The translations under genes and the position numbers were made by a program. Shown here one piece after another: positions 29,372-40,811 of a stretch of DNA of 64,000 nucleotides. Position 1 is the stretch's first letter, and each line of letters opens with the position of its first letter. The DNA is from a virus. Location: IMG/VR virus record IMGVR_UViG_3300031555_003603, positions 1 through 64,000 of that record; one strand, given 5' to 3'. The notes under the pieces are model-generated. The model worked only from the letters and a program-made list of their open reading frames with translations, made no database searches and was not told the origin of the DNA.

Positions 29372-30304
29372 ATGAAAGCAAAGATTAATAATAAGACACA
29401 TATTGAAGGTTATTTGTATCAGCACACTTTGGAAATGAAAGAGTCTGGTCCTAACTCTAAGAATCCCGGAACAGTATTTATTAGTGGTAATGTTGATATT
29501 GCTACTGATAATGATATGACAAATATTGTTACCGTTCATTATACTTATACTACTGCTACTACTAGCACCGGTAAAGCCAATAGCACTTTCAATGTATTGA
29601 AGGATATTATTGATGGTAAGCTATGTAGCGTTATGGGTCATGGTGCAGATAAGGCCGCTATGATTGCTATTGATTCTGCCATCGGTCTAAATGAGTTCTA
29701 TTCCGACCGCAATGGTAAGGAAGAGCTTGTTAGTGCTAAGCGCAATGAAGGCGGTTTCGCAGTTGTAAAATCTTCTATCAATGAAGATGAAACCAAGCGT
29801 AACACTTTTGATGTCGATATGGTTATTACTGGTAGCCATATGATTGAAGCCGACGATGAAAAGGGCTTGCCCGAAAAGATGATTATTCATGGAGCCATCT
29901 TTGACTTCCGCAATTCTCTTCTTCCTGTCGAGTTCTCTGTTTTGAATCCTAATGCTATCAACTATTTTGAAGGCTTAGGCGCCTCTCAGGATGAACCTGT
30001 CTTCACCCGTTTACAGGGCCGTTTGGTTTCCGAAGTTGTTAAGCGCACTGTGACTGAAGAGTCTGCTTTTGGCGAACCCATCGTTAAGGAATATTCCAGC
30101 ACTCGTAAAGATTATGTTATTACTTGGGCCGCTGCCGAGCCCTATGCCTGGGAAGATGAGTCCGGTATTACTGCTGCTGAGCTAAAGAAGGCTATGGCTG
30201 ACCGTGAAGTTTATCTTGCTGGTGTTAAATCTCGCCAAGATGAATATAAGGCTTCTAAGGGCCAAGCTGCTGCCGCTCCTGCTACCGGTGGATTTAATTT
30301 CTAA
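29372..30304 (+). CDS. putative ssDNA-binding protein partnering Sak4-like ATPase
   Basis: Position immediately upstream of AAA_24 ATPase, high-expression codon bias, Gly/Ala-rich tail ending GGFNF; assignment is positional inference. Confidence 0.3.
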   Translation: MKAKINNKTHIEGYLYQHTLEMKESGPNSKNPGTVFISGNVDIATDNDMTNIVTVHYTYTTATTSTGKANSTFNVLKDIIDGKLCSVMGHGADKAAMIAIDSAIGLNEFYSDRNGKEELVSAKRNEGGFAVVKSSINEDETKRNTFDVDMVITGSHMIEADDEKGLPEKMIIHGAIFDFRNSLLPVEFSVLNPNAINYFEGLGASQDEPVFTRLQGRLVSEVVKRTVTEESAFGEPIVKEYSSTRKDYVITWAAAEPYAWEDESGITAAELKKAMADREVYLAGVKSRQDEYKASKGQAAAAPATGGFNF

Positions 30305-30327
30305 TCCACCAATAGGAGGATTGAGTT

Positions 30328-31314
30328 ATGGCTATTAATTTATTGGCTTTGAAACCCCATAAAGTCTCTCGTGACCTTTCTGGATATATTACTTATATCT
30401 ACGGCGAAGGCAAAACTGGTAAAACCACTCTTGCCTCAAAAATGCCAAAGGCTCTTTTACTAGCCTTTGAGCGTGGTTATAATGCCATTCCTGGTATTAT
30501 TCCTCAAGATATCACTACCTGGGGTGAACTAAAACAGGTTATTCGTGAATTGAAGAAGCCTGAAGTCCAAGAGGTATATAAGAGTATTCTTGTAGATACT
30601 GTTGATATTGCTGCTGGACTTTGTGAAAAGTATGTTTGTTCTCAGGCCGGCGTTGAGAAGCTAAGTGACATCCCCTATGGCCAAGGTTGGACCAAAGTCA
30701 AAAAGGAATTTGAAGAGGCTTTCCGTTCTATTACTCAGTTGGGCTATGCCGTTGTGTTTATTTCTCATGTAAAGGAAAAGACATTTAAGAAAAAGGATGG
30801 TACTGAATATAATCAGTACATTCCTTCTTGTCCCTCTACTTACAATGAGATTGCTAAGAATATGGCTGACATTTACGCTTTTGCTGAAAAGTATGAAGAT
30901 AATGGAACCGCTAAAGTTCGTTTGGTGTTACGCTCTGTTGATAATAGTGCAGACACAGGTTGCCGTTTCAAGTATATTACTCCTGTCATTGACTTTGAGT
31001 ATAATGAATTGGTAAAAGCTTTGAATGATGCTATCGATAAGGAATCTCAGGTTACTGATGCCTCTCTGTTTACAAATGAAAGAGCTACCGCTGTTGTAGC
31101 AGCTACTTTTGATTATGATGCTTTGATGCGTGAATTTGGTGATATTGTTGGAGACCTTATGAGTAAGGACCCCACTTACTTCCAGCCTCGTATTACCCAA
31201 ATTGTTGATTCCATTTTGGGTAAGGGTAAGAAAGTATCCGATGCTACAATTGACCAAGCTGAATTAGTTAGCTTGATTATTGATGAAATCAAGGCAACCT
31301 TGATTAATAAGTAA
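30328..31314 (+). CDS. Sak4-like RecA-fold recombination ATPase (AAA_24 family)
   Basis: Walker A YGEGKTGKTT, Walker B ILVDTVD. Confidence 0.55.
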   Translation: MAINLLALKPHKVSRDLSGYITYIYGEGKTGKTTLASKMPKALLLAFERGYNAIPGIIPQDITTWGELKQVIRELKKPEVQEVYKSILVDTVDIAAGLCEKYVCSQAGVEKLSDIPYGQGWTKVKKEFEEAFRSITQLGYAVVFISHVKEKTFKKKDGTEYNQYIPSCPSTYNEIAKNMADIYAFAEKYEDNGTAKVRLVLRSVDNSADTGCRFKYITPVIDFEYNELVKALNDAIDKESQVTDASLFTNERATAVVAATFDYDALMREFGDIVGDLMSKDPTYFQPRITQIVDSILGKGKKVSDATIDQAELVSLIIDEIKATLINK

Positions 31315-31321
31315 ATAATTC

Positions 31322-31353
31322 AACCCTGGGTAAAAAACCCAGGGTTTGATTTT
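31322..31353 (+). terminator. rho-independent terminator
   Basis: aaccctgggt-aaaaa-acccagggtt + TGATTTT. Confidence 0.7.
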
Positions 31354-31374
31354 ATATAAAAAAAATGCTATAAT
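31346..31374 (+). promoter_or_regulatory. sigma70-like promoter (TTGATT-N17-TGCTATAAT)
   Basis: Motif instance. Confidence 0.55.
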
Positions 31375-31404
31375 ATTTATATAAAGTTATAAGGAGTGAT
31401 AAAA

Positions 31405-32082
31405 ATAGCACATAGTGTAAAATGTTCTATTTGTGGCGCTCAATTTGACCGAGACAAAATTGCTTTCGTCTAGACGGCCGCAAGGCGCTACGCTCATGCA
31501 AGCTGCGCTCTGCGCCAAGCTGCAGATGAGAATAAAGAATTAGAATTAGAAATAAAAGACCCAAATGATTTTATCACTTGTAAATATTGTAAAAAAGTTT
31601 TTAATAAAAAAGAAGAAGAGTATATTCAAGTTACTAATTCCACTTATGCCCATCTTAAATGCGCAGAATTGGAATCCAAAAGAGAAAAAACTGACGCTGA
31701 GAAACTTGATGATTATATTATGAAACTTTTTAATTATGACTATGTTCCACCAAGAGCGAAGAAGCAGATAAATCAATTTATTCAAGAATATAATTATACT
31801 TATTCTGGAATATTAAAAGCGTTAGTTTATTTTTATGAAATCAAAGGCGGCGACCGCGAAGCGGCGCACGATGGAATTGGCATTGTACCATTTGTATGGC
31901 AAGATGCTTATAATTATTATTATAATTTATGGCTTGCTAAACAAAAAAATGAAGATAAAGACCTATCTCAATTTATTCCACAAACTATAGAAATTAGAAT
32001 TACAAGTCCGGAAAGAGAGCCGCATAAAAAGCCAAGATTCTCTTTCCTCGATGAAGAAGAGGTGACCGCCAATGGCGAGTAA
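31405..32082 (+). CDS. tandem C2HC zinc-finger protein upstream of DnaB (possible helicase-loader/primosome partner); apparent ATA (or GTG 31396) start; TAG at 31471
   Basis: Two repeats KCSICGAQFDRDKIAFVQTAARRYAHASCA / ITCKYCKKVFNKKEEEYIQVTNSTYAHLKCA in which the TAG aligns with Gln of the second repeat; no ATG in frame before the fingers; RBS cassette GGAGUGAUAAAAAUA mirrors GGAAUGAUAAAAAUG of two other genes. Confidence 0.45.
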
Positions 32083-33601
32083 ATATATCGACCCAGTAAG
32101 CATAATCCAAGTAATTGGTAATGTATTTAATTCACCCCGACTTTTGGATTATGAAGATAAATATACTATTACAGAAAATGATTTTGCTGACCAATTTCAT
32201 AAAATTACTTTTGGTGCTATTTATAAACTGCATGAACTTGGAGCTGAAAGTATTACAATTGAAAATATTTTAGACTTTCTAAGCACAAGACCCAAGAGTG
32301 AAGCAATATTCAAACAGCAAAAAGGTGAAGAGTGGCTTATCAAGGCCGCTGATGTCGCAAGTAGTTCAAGCTTTGATTATTATTATGGTCGTATGAAAAA
32401 GATGTCATTGCTTCGAGCTTATGACAATTATGGCGTAGACGTATCTTTTATTTATGACCCCGATAATATTTTAGATGTAAAAAAGAAACAATTACAAGAA
32501 GATTATCTTGATAATGCTACACTTGAGCAAATAGCTCACAAAGTTGATGAACGCATTGATGCTATCCGGATGGAATATGTTGATGATGAGTTTGGCGAAG
32601 CACATCAGGCTGGTGAAGATATATTCGGTTTGATTGACCGATTAAAAGAGCGACCAGAAGTGGGAGTCCCACTATATGGGCCTCTTATCAATACAGTGAC
32701 GCGCGGCGCAAGACTTAAAAAGTTTTATTTGCGTTCAGCACCGACCGGCGTAGGCAAGTCAAGAACAATGATAGCTGATTGCTGCCAGATTGGTTGTAAT
32801 CGAATTTATGATGAAATTTTTGGTTGGATAAAGAATGGTGTTGCTGAACCAACTTTATATATTGCCACAGAACAAGATAAAGAAGAAATTCAAACTATGA
32901 TGTTAGCTTTTCTATCTTGTGTAAATGAAGACCATATTTTGAATGGAAAATACGAAGGCGATGAAGAAGCCCGTGTACGCGAAGCGGCTCGAATTTTATC
33001 AGAAAGTCCAATTTATATTGAAGTCTTACCAGACTTTTCTCTACAAGATGTAGAAAATAAAATCAAGAAAAATATTCGTGACCATAACATTAAATATTGT
33101 TTTCACGATTACATACATACAAGTTTAAAGATTTTGGAAGAAATTTCTAAGAAATCTGGCGGTGTAAAATTAAGAGAAGATAATATTCTATTTATGTTAT
33201 CCACTCGATTGAAAGATATTTGTAATAAATATGGTATTTTTATTATGTCTTCTACTCAGTTGAATGGTGATTATGTTGAATCTGAAACGCCAGACCAAAA
33301 TCTTTTACGTGGTGCAAAAGCTATTGCTGATAAAATTGACTTCGGTAGTATTTTATTACCAGTAAAAGAAAAAGATATTGAGGCTCTTGGAAGAATTCTT
33401 ACTTCCAATACTTTTGATAGACCCAATTTAAAACTTTCTATCTATAAAAATAGACGAGGGAGATATAAAGGTATTTATTTATGGTGTCAAGCAGACCTTG
33501 GCACTTGTAGAGTAAAACCTATGTTTGCAACAGATTATGGATATGAAATTATACCTATGGATGATATAAAAATTATAACAGAAGATAAAGGAGCTTTTTA
33601 A
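32072..33601 (+). CDS. dnaB: DnaB-like replicative helicase
   Basis: N-terminal DnaB domain, Walker A APTGVGKS; no TAG. Confidence 0.75.
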   Translation: MASKYIDPVSIIQVIGNVFNSPRLLDYEDKYTITENDFADQFHKITFGAIYKLHELGAESITIENILDFLSTRPKSEAIFKQQKGEEWLIKAADVASSSSFDYYYGRMKKMSLLRAYDNYGVDVSFIYDPDNILDVKKKQLQEDYLDNATLEQIAHKVDERIDAIRMEYVDDEFGEAHQAGEDIFGLIDRLKERPEVGVPLYGPLINTVTRGARLKKFYLRSAPTGVGKSRTMIADCCQIGCNRIYDEIFGWIKNGVAEPTLYIATEQDKEEIQTMMLAFLSCVNEDHILNGKYEGDEEARVREAARILSESPIYIEVLPDFSLQDVENKIKKNIRDHNIKYCFHDYIHTSLKILEEISKKSGGVKLREDNILFMLSTRLKDICNKYGIFIMSSTQLNGDYVESETPDQNLLRGAKAIADKIDFGSILLPVKEKDIEALGRILTSNTFDRPNLKLSIYKNRRGRYKGIYLWCQADLGTCRVKPMFATDYGYEIIPMDDIKIITEDKGAF

Positions 33602-33603
33602 TT

Positions 33604-33825
33604 ATGAGAAAAGAATTTGGAGTAGTAATTCGTAAAGAAGGTGGCCTAAGCGAAAAGTGCGGTGGTGTTGAATACACTATGACTAGTGCTTTGGCTAATC
33701 ATATTATGAAAACCCATAAAGGCCCTAAAAAGAATAAACAAGAAGTTCTTTGCGCCTATGTCAATGAGCAATTTGGCCTCAAAGGTAAATGCGTAAAGGT
33801 GTTGATTGAACTTGATAAACTTTGA
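33604..33825 (+). CDS. hypothetical protein
   Basis: ORF. Confidence 0.45.
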   Translation: MRKEFGVVIRKEGGLSEKCGGVEYTMTSALANHIMKTHKGPKKNKQEVLCAYVNEQFGLKGKCVKVLIELDKL

Positions 33826-33827
33826 TA

Positions 33828-33868
33828 AAAATTGACCTGGATTTTTATCAAAATCCAGGTCAATTTTA
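33828..33868 (+). terminator. rho-independent terminator
   Basis: aaaattgacctggattttt-atc-aaaaatccaggtcaatttt. Confidence 0.7.
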
Positions 33869-33922
33869 ATGAAGTCTTTATCTCTATTTTTTAAGTAATA
33901 TTGAAAGGAGAGATAAAATAAA

Positions 33923-34798
33923 ATGGTAGGAATATATAAAATTACTAATACATTAAATGGTCACAAATATATAGGTAAATCTAAAAATATAGCAGATAGA
34001 TGGTCTGAACATAAACGAGAAAGCCAATTACCAGAAGAAAAGTGGAGTCAAAATAAAAGACACGAATAGACAAGATTACACAAAGCAATGAGAAAATATG
34101 GTGTAGATTCTTTCTTATTGGAAGTAATTGAAGAATGCTCTATTGAAGATTTAAATAAACGAGAAATTTATTGGATTGCCTACTATAATACCTATTTAAA
34201 CGAAGATGATTATAATATGACGCCTGGTGGCGATGGATATACTTGTGGCTCCGGGGAAAAATCTCCAAGTAGTAAAATTACGCAAAAAGAATGTGATATT
34301 ATCAAGGCTGGTCTTAAAAATCGAATGAGCGCTAACGAAATATTAGAAATTGTGCCCAATGCTACAAGAAGCATAATTACTTCTATAAATTATGGACATA
34401 GCTGGTTTGACAATGCTGAAATTTATCCACTTAGTATTAGAAATGGTAATCGTCTATGGTCCGCGGAAGAGGCTATGCTAATTCGTTCGCAATATGCAAA
34501 AGGAGCTAACTTATAGGATTTGGCTAAAATGTATGGAGGCACTGCGGATACAATTAAAGAACTAGTGTCGGGAAAAACTTATACTGAATTACCCCTAATT
34601 AATAGAACAGTAGATTGGAAACATACTAATAAAAAGGCTCGTAAACTCTCAGATGAAGAAGTAAAATTTTTTAGAAAAGAAGCAAAAAATAATAGCATTT
34701 TAAGCCTATATAATAAATACAAACCTAAAAATATGGGTTATAGCGCCTTTCGTAATATGATAGTAAGAAACACTTATAAGGATGTTTTAGATGATTAA
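33923..34798 (+). CDS. GIY-YIG homing endonuclease (I-TevI-like) with C-terminal DNA-binding modules; 2 in-frame TAG
   Basis: ORF-track 34088..34516 and 34520..34798 plus upstream segment in one frame; MVGIYKITNTLNGHKYIGKSKNIADRWSEH; AAGGAGAG RBS; freestanding between dnaB and dnaG. Confidence 0.65.
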
Positions 34799-35894
34799 TT
34801 ATGATAAGCAAAAAATTAAAGATTTACTTACTATGGAGCAAATTTTTGAATTGGTAAATGATTTTGGAGGAGACCCAGAATATACGCCTTTTGGAATTAT
34901 ATCTACAACCATTTGCCATAATATGCCTGGTGAAGGTAGTCGTAAATTATATATCTATTCCAATACTAAATTATGTAGGTGTTATACTGGTTGTGATGAA
35001 CCAACTTTCGACATTTTTGAACTAACTATTAAAGTTTTTCAAATCCAACAAAGCAGAGAAATTGATTTAAATGATGCTGTGCGTTTTATTGCCGCTAAAT
35101 TTGGTATTGCTGGTGATTATGAAGAATCTGATTTGGATTTACCCGCAGATTGGAAAATATTTGATGGATATTCAAGAGTTCAAGAAGTTGAAATAAAAGA
35201 TTATTCTGTGCAATTGAAAGACTATGACCCAGTTATATTGGAGCGTTTGAATTATAATATAAAAATAACTCCCTGGCTCAATGAAGGAATAAGCCAAGAA
35301 GCTTTAGATAAAGCACAAATTGGATATTTTCCTGGTAGTGATATGATTACAATTCCTCATTATGATAAAGATGGGCGTTTTGTAGGTCTGCGTGGACGCG
35401 CTATGGCCCAAGATGATGTTGAACGCTATGGAAAATACCGCCCAATAAAAATATTTAAACAATTATATAATCATCCCCTTGGAATGAATTTATATGGTTT
35501 AAATTGGGCAAAAGACAATATTGCTGTTTTAGAAAAGGCAATTATTTTTGAGTCAGAAAAATCTGTATTGCTTTATATGAGTCATTTTGGTGCTGATAAT
35601 AGTATTGCTGTAGCTTGTTGCGGTAGTAATGTTTCGGCCTATCACATTCATATGCTATTAGAAGCTGGAGCAAAAGAAATTATTATTGCTTTCGATAGAC
35701 AGTTTCAAGAGATTGGAGATAATGAATTTAAACATTTAACCAATAATCTTACTAAATTACATAATAAATATAAAAATGATGTAAAGCTTAGTTTTATATT
35801 TGACAAAAAAATGATTACAAGTTATAAAGCAAGCCCAATTGATGAGGGTAAAGAAAAATTTTTACAGCTTTTCAAGGAGAGAATAAGGCTATGA
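34791..35894 (+). CDS. dnaG: DnaG-like DNA primase (zinc-binding domain + TOPRIM)
   Basis: CHNMPGEG...CRCYTGCDEP zinc ribbon; TOPRIM FESEKS...D..D; no TAG. Confidence 0.65.
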   Translation: MINYDKQKIKDLLTMEQIFELVNDFGGDPEYTPFGIISTTICHNMPGEGSRKLYIYSNTKLCRCYTGCDEPTFDIFELTIKVFQIQQSREIDLNDAVRFIAAKFGIAGDYEESDLDLPADWKIFDGYSRVQEVEIKDYSVQLKDYDPVILERLNYNIKITPWLNEGISQEALDKAQIGYFPGSDMITIPHYDKDGRFVGLRGRAMAQDDVERYGKYRPIKIFKQLYNHPLGMNLYGLNWAKDNIAVLEKAIIFESEKSVLLYMSHFGADNSIAVACCGSNVSAYHIHMLLEAGAKEIIIAFDRQFQEIGDNEFKHLTNNLTKLHNKYKNDVKLSFIFDKKMITSYKASPIDEGKEKFLQLFKERIRL

Positions 35895-36226
35895 GAGGAA
35901 CTATATGGGGCAGAAATATTGAAAGAGCCCGTCCTATTTTCTGGGAAATAATCAATAATTATAAATATGTAAATATTTAGCCTGTAAAAATTCGAGATAA
36001 TGCACATTGCTGTCAAGTTATATTTGAAAATGGTGATATTTGGACAGCAGTAAGAGCCTCAGAAAGTCAAAGAGGACGCAGGTCAAACATATCTTTAGTC
36101 GATTATAGTATCGATGATGAGATTATTAATTTGGTTATTAGACCAGCAACCTCTGCGTTACCCTATGGTGTATTAGATTATTTTTGGGTAGAAGAGGATA
36201 ATAATATTGAAGAAAAATTCATATAA
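35891..36226 (+). CDS. hypothetical protein (1 TAG at 35978)
   Basis: ATGA overlap with primase stop; continuous frame to TAA 36224-36226. Confidence 0.4.
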
Positions 36227-36263
36227 ATAGTGGGTTGATACCTTGAAAGGAGATTGATAAATT

Positions 36264-38018
36264 ATGAATTATCAACTAATAGCACCTAGGCTGCCCAATA
36301 CCTCAGTCATTGAATAGGTGCTACTAAATAGAGGTATTCAAGCTTAGGATATTAGACACTATTTAAACACAAGTGATAAAGACATTTTAGACCCAACCCT
36401 TATAGATAATATAAAGGAAGGAGCTAAAATGCTTATTTATCACATCTCTCAAGAACATAAAATTTTTATTTAGATAGATAGCGACTGTGATGGCTATACC
36501 AGCTCTGCTTTTCTAATCAACTATCTAAATAGTCTGTTTCCTGGATTTACACAAAATAATATTTATTATCGTGTTCACGAAGGAAAACAACACGGACTTA
36601 TTCTTGAGACAATTCCAGAAGATGTAAAGTTAGTTATTGCGCCCGATTCATCGAGCAATGACTACGAGGTTCATCAAGTCTTGCGTGAGCAAGGCATTGA
36701 TATTTTGGTAATAGACCATCACGAAGCGGAACGTGTATCTGAAAATGCTTGTATAATCAATAACCAACTATGTGATTATCCAACTAAATCACTTTCAGGT
36801 GTCGGAATGGTTTATAAATTTTGTTCTTATATCGATAGTTTATTAGATATAGATAATGCTAATCAATTTGTAGATTTAGTGGCGCTAGGCCTTATAGCCG
36901 ACGTGATGCTAATGCGCGATTTTGAAACAAAACATCTAATAAATATTGGTCTAAAACAAATTACCAATCCGTTTTTTAGGGGAATGACCATCAAAAACGA
37001 ATATTCCCTAGGCGGCGGAGATATTACACCTTTTGGAGTGGCTTTTTATATTGCGCCATATATAAACGCAGTTACTCGGTGTGGCACACAAGAAGAAAAG
37101 CTCTTACTATTCGAATCTATGTTAGATTTTAGAGCCTATGAACAAATTCCATCAACAAAACGAGGTTTTAAAGGAACATATGAAACTCGAGTAGAACAAG
37201 CTTGTCGTAATTGCACGAATATCAAAAATAGGCAAAACAAAGCAAGAGATGCTAGCTTGAAGATAATTGAACAAATTATCGAAGAAGAAAATTTGCTAAG
37301 GAACCAAATTATTTTAGTAAAATTAGATAACGAACATAGTATAGATACAAATCTTACTGGTTTAGTTGCTACCAAAATAGCCAATGAATATCAAAAACCA
37401 ACTTTAATTTTAAATGAAACAATTGATGAAGAAAATAATGAAATAATATGGAAAGGTTCCGGTAGAATATTTAGTCAAAGTAATTTTACTACTTTTAGAA
37501 GTTTTTTAGAGCAATCTAAATATTTCGATTATGCGCAAGGACATGAAGGTGCATTCGGTGCAGGTATAAAAAATAGTCAAGTAAAAGATTTTATTGAATA
37601 TTCGAATACTGAATTAGCAAATTTTGATTTTACCCCAAAGTATTATATTGATTTAGAATATCAAGCTGATTTATTAACGCCAATTGAAGTATTGGGTTTG
37701 GCGAGCTATGATAATCTTTGGGGCCAGGGAGTGGAAGAGCCATTTATTTTAGTAAAAGATATTAGAGTTACAAAAGATAATATTTCCTTATTAAAAGAAA
37801 CAACTCTAAAAATAACACTTCCTGCTGATGGTCAAGATATTAGTTTGATTAAATTCGGTTCGTCTAAGGAAGAATATGATTTATTATATTCGGACTTAGG
37901 TTATGTTACTATTAATGTTATTGGCCATTTCCAGAAAAATGTTTGGAATGGTAATATTAGTCCGCAAATTTTAATAGAAGATTATGAAATTGTAGGAAGG
38001 GCAGTCTATTATTTCTAA
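36264..38018 (+). CDS. RecJ-like DHH/DHHA1 phosphoesterase (ssDNA exonuclease); 3 in-frame TAG
   Basis: DHH motifs IDSDCDGYTSSAF, VIDHHEA, GVGMVYKF; N-terminal 140 aa only visible with TAG=Gln; AAAGGAG RBS. Confidence 0.6.
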
Positions 38019-38060
38019 AACATAACAGAACCTAATAGTAATATTAGGAGGAAAGTTATT

Positions 38061-38894
38061 ATGTATATGAAAGTTGTTGTTGCTATTATGCTAATGGGGT
38101 CAATGTTATTTGCTCCATTAACCTTATCTCAACCAACAGTACAAGAAATTCCAAAACCAACAGTTATTATTGAAAGTACAATAAATTCTACAGATGTTGT
38201 AGAAGATGATACAATTGAAATTCAAACTTCACAACCAATTATTTTGCCAAAATTTCGACTTTATACTTATATGCCAAATCTATCAGAAGAAAAAATTAAT
38301 GGTCAAATTATAAAGTTGCAAAATTATATTGCTTATTTATCCAAGCATAAGCTGCCAAAAGAAAGTGAGGCATATTTCATCTTAGAAGAAGAAATTATGC
38401 GAGTCAATCATATTTTAAATCAATATTATAGTGATTTAGAACTTTTAGCTCAGCAAAAAAGTGAATTTCCAGTAGCTACTACAATTTGGAAATTTATGAA
38501 AGAAGAATTGAATTGGAGTAATGAAGTATGTGCTGGCGTTATGGGTAATATAATGGTAGAATCCGGAGGCCACACTTTAGATATTCAATGGAATATTTAT
38601 GACCCCGATGGAGCTTACTACGGCATTTGCCAATGGTCAAAATACTATTGTCCTGAAGTTATGAATATGACTTTAGAGCAACAATTATTGTATTTGAAAA
38701 ATACTGTTGAAGAAACTTTTAATTATTGGGGTAAAGAATATAAAATAGGTTTTACCTATAAAGATTTTATAGCAATGACTGATGTTCAACAAGTGGCGCT
38801 TGCTTTTGCAATGTGCTATGAACGTTGTAATCCAATACATTACAATGTAAGAACTATTACTGCTTTAGAAGCATATGAATATTATGCAAAATAA
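38061..38894 (+). CDS. secreted phage-tail-lysozyme-family (PF18013-like) cell-wall hydrolase
   Basis: Signal peptide; CAGVMGNIMVESGG...YYGICQWS motif. Confidence 0.4.
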   Translation: MYMKVVVAIMLMGSMLFAPLTLSQPTVQEIPKPTVIIESTINSTDVVEDDTIEIQTSQPIILPKFRLYTYMPNLSEEKINGQIIKLQNYIAYLSKHKLPKESEAYFILEEEIMRVNHILNQYYSDLELLAQQKSEFPVATTIWKFMKEELNWSNEVCAGVMGNIMVESGGHTLDIQWNIYDPDGAYYGICQWSKYYCPEVMNMTLEQQLLYLKNTVEETFNYWGKEYKIGFTYKDFIAMTDVQQVALAFAMCYERCNPIHYNVRTITALEAYEYYAK

Positions 38895-38896
38895 TA

Positions 38897-38938
38897 AAAA
38901 GGCTACACAAGAGAATAACTTGTGTAGCCTTTTTTCTA
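38897..38938 (+). terminator. rho-independent terminator
   Basis: aaaggctacacaag...cttgtgtagcctttt + TTTTT. Confidence 0.75.
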
Positions 38939-38954
38939 TTATAAGGAGAAAATT

Positions 38955-39278
38955 ATGGCAGAAAAATACATATCATCAATTATGATGAATGGTCAAACAT
39001 ATAAAATTAATAATCAAATATCGGCATTGCAAGAAGAATTATCTAATATTAGATATAATAATTACTATATGCCTTTGCAAGAAATTATTGATAATATAGA
39101 GTATCAAATAGAAGACTTAGCCGAGAAAATTTGGTGTATAGAAACAAGCCTTAGAGAAGAAATAGGCATGCTCCGAACGAAAACAAGTGTAAAATCCGAA
39201 AACCCAAAACAAAAATTTGATTTGGAAATTTTTAAGGAAATAGAGGAAAGCAATCCTTTTCTATTAAACTTGAAATAA
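38955..39278 (+). CDS. hypothetical coiled-coil protein
   Basis: ORF. Confidence 0.45.
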   Translation: MAEKYISSIMMNGQTYKINNQISALQEELSNIRYNNYYMPLQEIIDNIEYQIEDLAEKIWCIETSLREEIGMLRTKTSVKSENPKQKFDLEIFKEIEESNPFLLNLK

Positions 39279-39328
39279 TGTAAAAAATATGGTATAATAA
39301 TTATATATAAAAATAAGTGGGTGAAAAA

Positions 39329-39610
39329 ATGACTGAAGAAACAAAGAAAATAAGAGAAGCTCTTAATAAAATGTATGTAGACAAAGACGCTTATAATAAA
39401 TTATGTAAAGACAGATGGGATTTTGGATTCGATAGTATTTATTTTCGTTATGCCATAATTCGTGATGAATTAGCTTATTATAAAGCCGCTTATGAACGAA
39501 ATATAGGTAGCTACGAGACAGAGCGTAAAAGAGCAGAATGCGATAAAATGCATTTTTATAAGGCTTTGGAACAACTTACTCTCGCTCACGAAGGAGAGGT
39601 AGAAGAATGA
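39329..39610 (+). CDS. hypothetical protein
   Basis: ORF; start uncertain (39317 GTG / 39329 ATG). Confidence 0.4.
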   Translation: MTEETKKIREALNKMYVDKDAYNKLCKDRWDFGFDSIYFRYAIIRDELAYYKAAYERNIGSYETERKRAECDKMHFYKALEQLTLAHEGEVEE

Positions 39611-40800
39611 GTATTGAATTAACCAAAAGACAAGAAGAAGGATTGCGTGCTGCGGTTGAGCGCTATAAGCTTGGCGAAAAGTATACGGTTATTTCAGGCT
39701 ATGCCGGCTCTGGTAAATCAACACTAATCAAATTTATTATTGATGCTTTACCCATAAACCCAGAGAAAGATGTGGCTTATGCCGCTTTTACAGGCAAAGC
39801 CGCAACAGTACTTCAACAAAAGGGATGTCAAAATGCGGTGACTGCGCATAAATTATTATATAGAGCAAAACCTATGCCGAACGGTACATATAAATTTTAT
39901 CCTCGCGCAAAAAATGAAATGGAATATAAAGTTATAGTTATTGATGAGGTTTCTATGCTTCCAAAACCAATGTGGGATTTATTGACAACTCATGATGTAT
40001 ATATTCTTGCAACGGGAGACCCCGGTCAGTTGCCCCCTGTAAACCCGGATGATGACAACCACATTTTAGATAAACCCCATATTTTCCTTGATGAAATTAT
40101 GCGGCAGGCGCAAGATAGTGAAATTATACGCCTATCAATGCATATTCGCGAAGGAGGCGCATTATCTTCTTTTGGATGTTCTGGACAACAAGTTCAAATT
40201 TTTGACAAAGGGCAAGTTGTAAGTGGTATGTATGATTGGGCTGACCAAATTCTTTGTGCTACTAATGCCCAAAGAACTAAAATAAATAATTTTGTTCGTC
40301 AACAAAAAGGATTCGGTGAAGAACCAGAAATAGGAGATAAAATTATTAGTCTGCGAAACCATTGGGATTTTGCTTCTTCAAGCGGCACTTGGGCCTTAAC
40401 AAACGGTTCCATCGGCACAATTGAGTATATGGATAAGCAAAATATTTGGCTACCTCGATATATTTATGATAAACCTGTTCCATATTTATTTACAAATATA
40501 TCCTTAGAAGATGGCGATGTTTTTAACGCTATACCGATTGATTATAATTCTTTAAAAAATGGTGAAATGACCCTTAATCCAAAGCAAACTTATCAGCTAA
40601 ATAAAATGAAAGGGTTTATTGAGGCCCCGTTCGAATTTGCCTATGCCTACGCGATTACCTGTCATAAAAGTCAGGGCAGTGAATGGAATAAGGTTTTAGT
40701 GTTTGAAGAATGGTTCCCTAATACTGCCGAAGAACATAAAAAATGGTTATATACAGCTTGCACTAGAGCCTCTGACAAATTAGTAGTTATAAAAAAATAA
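39607..40800 (+). CDS. dda: Dda/RecD-like SF1B DNA helicase
   Basis: Walker A GYAGSGKST, DEVSM, CHKSQGSEW motif. Confidence 0.7.
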   Translation: MSIELTKRQEEGLRAAVERYKLGEKYTVISGYAGSGKSTLIKFIIDALPINPEKDVAYAAFTGKAATVLQQKGCQNAVTAHKLLYRAKPMPNGTYKFYPRAKNEMEYKVIVIDEVSMLPKPMWDLLTTHDVYILATGDPGQLPPVNPDDDNHILDKPHIFLDEIMRQAQDSEIIRLSMHIREGGALSSFGCSGQQVQIFDKGQVVSGMYDWADQILCATNAQRTKINNFVRQQKGFGEEPEIGDKIISLRNHWDFASSSGTWALTNGSIGTIEYMDKQNIWLPRYIYDKPVPYLFTNISLEDGDVFNAIPIDYNSLKNGEMTLNPKQTYQLNKMKGFIEAPFEFAYAYAITCHKSQGSEWNKVLVFEEWFPNTAEEHKKWLYTACTRASDKLVVIKK

Positions 40801-40811
40801 GAGGAAAGATA